Source: Bugula neritina (taxonomy: Eukaryota > Animalia > Bryozoa). From it: a stretch of DNA of 64,000 nt. The DNA lies in assembly GCA_964035545.1 (NCBI GenBank), contig OZ037773.1:9887751-9951750 (forward strand), written 5' to 3'. Position numbers and translations under genes: made by a program. How positions within the stretch are numbered: position 1 is the first letter of the stretch; each line of letters begins with the position of its first letter. The notes beneath the pieces were generated by a model. That model was not told where the DNA came from, did no database searches, and saw only the letters and a list, made by a program, of their open reading frames with translations. Positions 62,429 to 64,000 of this stretch are shown here, piece by piece.

Positions 62429-63387
62429 GGTAGCTTTTCATATGCTGAAACAACTTATTGATCGATTACAGTTGATGGAGGCTGGTCATACTGGCCCAAC
62501 TGGTCCAGAAGTTACAGAGGCAAAGTCCAGACCAGAACCAGAACCTGTAGCAGACCTCACCCAAGATGTGGAGGAAGATACTGCAGAGGACCCAAGAGCC
62601 AAACCAGATGTGAGTTTCACAAAATAATATTATAATACCCAGAGTTTACAGCAAGAAAACATGTTCACGGTTAGAAAACTCTCAGGTTAATAGTTTGTAA
62701 ATTCTCTGCAGATTAACTAATTAGCAAATTTTATGTATATACAGCAAATTTTATTAAATCTTATTGCAGTGAAACATATTGACATAATGATTTAATATGG
62801 GAATACTAGCTTCTATGTGTAATAAATAATAATATGACTTTCCTTTAATACAAGATCATTATTTTCATTCAAATTTTTCATAAATTGAATGGTATATAAT
62901 TTTTATTTATTTAATTTTTGAAGAAAATTTGCTTCAAAATTAATTACCAAAATTAAAAAAAATTGGAAATAAATTTGATATTATTATAGGCTGTTATTTT
63001 ATACTAAACATAATATAGTACCTGATAATAACAAGTATACCTGAATACTTATTATATGAGCAGGTTTACTGGATCTTTTCACTTAAACCTATAACATGTA
63101 TGTGACATGAAGGATATAATAATGTGAATAGATGTACACCGGATACTAACAATAAATTGAATGGTATTACATTATTATTACGTAATGTAATACCAGTAGG
63201 TAAAAAATGCTTTGCTTAGTTAAGTAAAGTGAAACAGCAAGTGCACGTTACATAATTAGGAAAGTATCATACTTCTTGTGTGTAGCATGGAGAGAAATTG
63301 TCTCCTTTACCAATTCTCAAGTTCCCAGGTTTGGGAAGAAAAGTCAAAGGAAACGAAAAGAAGCTAAACTCAAATTTAAAGATGTAG
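62429..63387 (+). CDS. Last exons of an uncharacterised gene (acidic/Pro-rich, disordered); 5' end uncertain
   Basis: Exon 62429-62609 (taatag/gtgagt; VAFHMLKQLIDRLQLMEAGHTGPTGPEVTEAKSRPEPEPVADLTQDVEEDTAEDPRAKPD) splices in phase 0 to 63286-63387 (HGEKLSPLPILKFPGLGRKVKGNEKKLNSNLKM*), with AATAAA at ~63491. Candidate upstream exons at ~61311-61350 and ~62347-62387. Confidence 0.5.
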
Positions 63388-63838
63388 CAGGATGGGAATA
63401 AGTTGTGAAGAAGCTGAGAGAGTATAGATATATTGAGTAGATGGAGGTGTCCTGGCGAACATTAGACAACAACTTACTGGCTCTTTTATAAATAAATTTA
63501 CTCTCGTGAGTATTGTAAAATGCTCATAGAAGATATTCTCCTTGATGAGAACTTTGCATATGTAAAAATATCTAAAAGTATCATTCTGCTTGTTTTTTTT
63601 TTGGTATAAAATACCAATTGGGTGGTTTTTAAGACATAATTTACAGCAGATATATTACTGTATAAAAGCAAACCTTCCATGTTCTACTTTGCAACTTTTC
63701 AAAAAACTTTGCTGATAAGAGAAACAAAATAATATATTTAAATGCTAAACTGTTTATTTAGATTCAACATAACAAAGTTGGATAACAAATTTCATTAAAA
63801 GTTCATTAGCAATAAACAACATTCAACAAATCAATTAA

Positions 63839-63941
63839 TCAAACAGTCTTGAAGTCATTGTGTGAATATCTAGTCCTGGTTTCTTCATGTGAAATGACTT
63901 TCACGGGTCGGGTTTGGGAGGTGTTTAGTAGTATCCAGAGT
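63839..63941 (-). CDS. Possible terminal exon of a minus-strand gene that starts beyond the window
   Basis: Acceptor ttcttgcag followed by a GC-richer open stretch (LWILLNTSQTRPVKVISHEETRTRYSHNDFKTV* in one frame); frame cannot be fixed from this window. Confidence 0.3.
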
Positions 63942-64000
63942 CTGCAAGAATTGAATACATTTGATTTGTCTTCATACAATGTATTACCTTATTGTGTTTA

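Overview
AT-rich, intron-rich animal (invertebrate-type) genomic DNA with long microsatellites, so most entries in the six-frame ORF track are exon fragments or repeat artefacts. Manual splicing gives: (1) two tandem single-coding-exon rhodopsin-class GPCRs (<1-460, partial; 4647-5654) with atypical conserved motifs; (2) a 69-aa two-TM microprotein ending in KKXX; (3) the main feature, a ~50 kb cluster of five paralogous multi-exon genes (A 9241-15429 -, B 19281-23880 +, C 25395-32677 -, D 33563-40575 -, E 46260-59013 +). They encode type II membrane proteins with a long Tyr/Pro-motif cytoplasmic tail, one TM helix, a coiled-coil stalk, a very short Gly-X-Y segment and a C-terminal ~90-aa six-cysteine domain ending C-x-C...C-x2-[HD]-Y-W-x-C, which I cannot assign to SRCR, C-type lectin, C1q, TNF or fibrinogen families; (4) a secreted 8-Cys CS-alpha-beta defensin-like gene with an acidic C-terminal extension, embedded between A and B; (5) tRNA-derived SINE-like elements, minisatellites, an 82-bp perfect palindrome and fragments of further genes at the right end. 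In the recent duplicates C and D the signalling tail is almost unchanged while the head domain has diverged strongly, suggesting a diversifying recognition-receptor family (innate immunity or allorecognition; inference). All gene models were built by eye without transcript data.
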